A DNA stretch of 25,275 nucleotides from Tubiluchus corallicola (taxonomy: Eukaryota > Animalia > Priapulida): NCBI GenBank assembly GCA_030141605.1, contig JAQGDQ010001794.1, positions 1 through 25,275 on the forward strand, in the 5' to 3' direction. The position numbers and the translations under genes were made by a program. This document shows positions 22,779 through 25,275 of this stretch, piece after piece; position 1 is the first letter of the stretch, and each line of letters begins with the position of its first letter. Under the pieces are notes generated by a model. It saw nothing but the letters and a program-made list of their open reading frames with translations. It was not told where the DNA came from and made no database searches.

Positions 22779-24005
22779 TTAAGTGTGTTATATAAATGAC
22801 TGTAACCATTTATATATATATATTTACCCAAATATATCAAATATGTCAATATTATGGAATGTTCAGAGAGCGTGAATTGTTTGTGAGTTACTGTGAGTAA
22901 GAAATTTAAATTGCAGGTTCTCCTGCAGTTACTGTAATTTACTGTTCAGTGTGAACGCCTTGTCGAGTTACTATCGACACTGCAGTGAATAGGGAAGGGA
23001 GAGCACGATTACTGCTTGAGAGTAACTCGCGGCAAGTGTTGCTGTACTATCTAAACAGCCCTACGAGTTACTTAGCGAGTGATATCGCAAGTGTGAACGA
23101 TCGTTGAGTTAGGCTGCAATTGGAGTTAATTCAGCATGTAGCAGTATTTTGATAGATTACCATTTTAAATTTATGACACAATACCAGACATGGCAGGCGG
23201 CCATTTTAAATAACAAAAACACTCAGGTAGACCCCTTCTTAAAGTTTACAAGGCAAATAACATGTCGGATGGCAGACGACTTAGTCAATAGCGCCATCTA
23301 GTGACAAAAAGCCAATTTAGGCAATATCAATTTTCCGAAATCAACGACATCACTGATTGCTCTTTGGTCTTTACTCAGTTAATTTACAACTTGTTTTTTT
23401 TGAAAACGAATTAACCATTAACAGAAATTACTGAATAAGAAGAAGCAAAACAAATAAATAATTAATTAATAAAACAATAAGAGACTTTTTTAAAACAATA
23501 TTTCTGATTTATTTATGTCCTTGTTTGAAAAACGTAAATTAACAAATTAACTTACAACGTGCCGCCTACATAACATTACAGAAGCCTAGATATTACAACT
23601 AGGTCTAAGAGATTTTTAAATCTAAGGCTAATTACACATTGAACAATGTCATATGTGACAATGTGTAAGTCATATTGAAAGTCATATAATCAGTGCTGCA
23701 AGGTTTTTCAATCTCAAAGTGTTTTCAATCGATGATGCTTTGAACTTCTTGCAGGCAAAGAATCTCCTTTACAGGAAAAAAAACCGCGAATTCTTTCACT
23801 GAAACGTCTGAAACAAAGAAAACAATGTTTACCCACATTTTGTGACTTTGCTGTTGACATGCACATACATTTTTACATCCCCTGTCAGTCATGCTGTCAA
23901 CTGTTTGCTCAAAATTTATTTAGACGGCCGTCAGATGGCTTATATAAAAAGTTTATCAGTGGCGTAATTTCAACAGCTGCGGGAAAAGTGCACAAAATAC
24001 TTTAC

Positions 24006-24423
24006 GATGTTATTGTACAGTATTTCATGATGGGAACAAGATGTTATTGTACAGTATTTCATGATGGGAACAAGATGTTATTGTACAGTATTTCATGATG
24101 GGGAACAAGATGTTATTGTACAGTACGTCATGATGGGAACAAGATGTTGTTGTACAGTACGTCATGATGGGGAACAAGATGTTATTGTACAGTACGTCAT
24201 GATGGGAACAAGATGTTATTGTACAGTACGTCATGATGGGAACAAGATGTTGTTGTACAGTATTTCATGATGGGAACAAGATGTTATTGTACAGTATTTC
24301 ATGATGGGGAACAAGATGTTGTTGTACAGTATTTCATGATGGGGAACAAGATGTTATTGTACAGTACGTCATGATGGGAACAAGATGTTGTTGTACAGTA
24401 TTTCATGATGGGAACAAGATGTT
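24006..24423. repeat. 34/35-bp minisatellite, about 12 copies
   Basis: Unit GATGTT(A/G)TTGTACAGTA(TT/CG)TCATGATGGG(G)AACAA. Confidence 0.95.
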
Positions 24424-24747
24424 TCCAGCATTACTGTAAGAAGATATAAAAGCATGCATGACGTCATTGCAATAAATTTATGCATGTGTTATTTCAGACA
24501 GATAAAAATAGAAATTGAACCTACCAGTTCTTTCTTTTTCTTTCTAATGTTTTACTCTAATTTCTTTTCTCAAATATGTCTCAGTTGACTCTGTATTTGC
24601 GTAAGTTTACAAAGTACAAATTAAAAAAAGCTTTATTATTCACGAGACAGAAAAATTCCAACCTTAAGAAAACAAAAACATTTTCATATGGATCGCGTAA
24701 CATCTGTTAAACAGATTAAATTATTTTCAGCTCGATTGTTTAAAAGC

Positions 24748-24976
24748 TATATATATCTTTATATACTTATATATATACTTATATATCTTTACCCACACAT
24801 AATGAGTGCATTATATAGTATATAATGTACATACATATATATATATATATATATACATACATATACTTATATATCTTTACCCACACATAATGAGTGCATT
24901 ATATAGTATATAATGTACATACATATATATACATACATACATACATACATATACTTATTTATCTTTACCCACACAT
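24748..24976. repeat. AT-rich tandem duplication of about 85-90 bp interleaved with (TA)/(TACA) runs
   Basis: atctttacccacacat occurs three times; aatgagtgcattatatagtatataatgtac twice. Confidence 0.85.
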
Positions 24977-25275
24977 TGTGTTGTTAGTAGCAAATACAAT
25001 ATGTTATTAATATCATTAACTGTGAAGCCTTCAAATACATTATTCAAAGTCCAGAAGAGAATGTTTGCTAATATTTCAACAGGTTCGTTTGTGATCTAAT
25101 ACGATTTCTGCCTCGTTATTTTACTAGCATTGTTATTTAACACAAACAATGAGCAAACAAGTGGACAGCGGATAAACTTATGTTTAAATAGTGCTTTAAA
25201 ATTCGCTTATGGAAAAGCATATTTAGAGGATATGTATGAGCAATACACAACGTCATGCACGAATTCAAGTCTCAA

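Overview
AT-rich, repeat-dense animal (invertebrate-like) genomic DNA; nearly all long ORFs in the supplied track are artefacts of micro/minisatellites. Manual splicing reveals two minus-strand genes. (1) A two-exon gene (21638-21011 + 20296-20052, 290 aa) encoding signal peptide + divergent leucine-rich repeats + LRRCT + hydrophobic C-terminal tail (GPI-anchor-like). (2) A trypsin-family (S1) serine protease gene, absent from the ORF track except for its first coding exon, with coding exons 14822-14630, 10942-10878, 9212-9124 (TAAHC), 7399-7330 and 4612-4420 (NDIALL...SGWG); the Ser195 exon must lie left of the window. The protease is unusual: it has no R-IVGG activation motif, and its pro-region is Arg/Gly/Trp-rich with dibasic and amidation-like sites and two competing splice donors 4 nt apart. 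Introns and intergenic DNA hold 49-, 39-, 53-, 79-, 35- and 34-bp minisatellites, many microsatellites, two same-family solo LTRs with separate 5-bp TSDs flanking the catalytic-His exon, a foldback MITE, tRNA-derived SINE heads, a degenerate hammerhead-ribozyme motif and a 1.3-kb Thr/Ala/Pro-encoding trinucleotide array.
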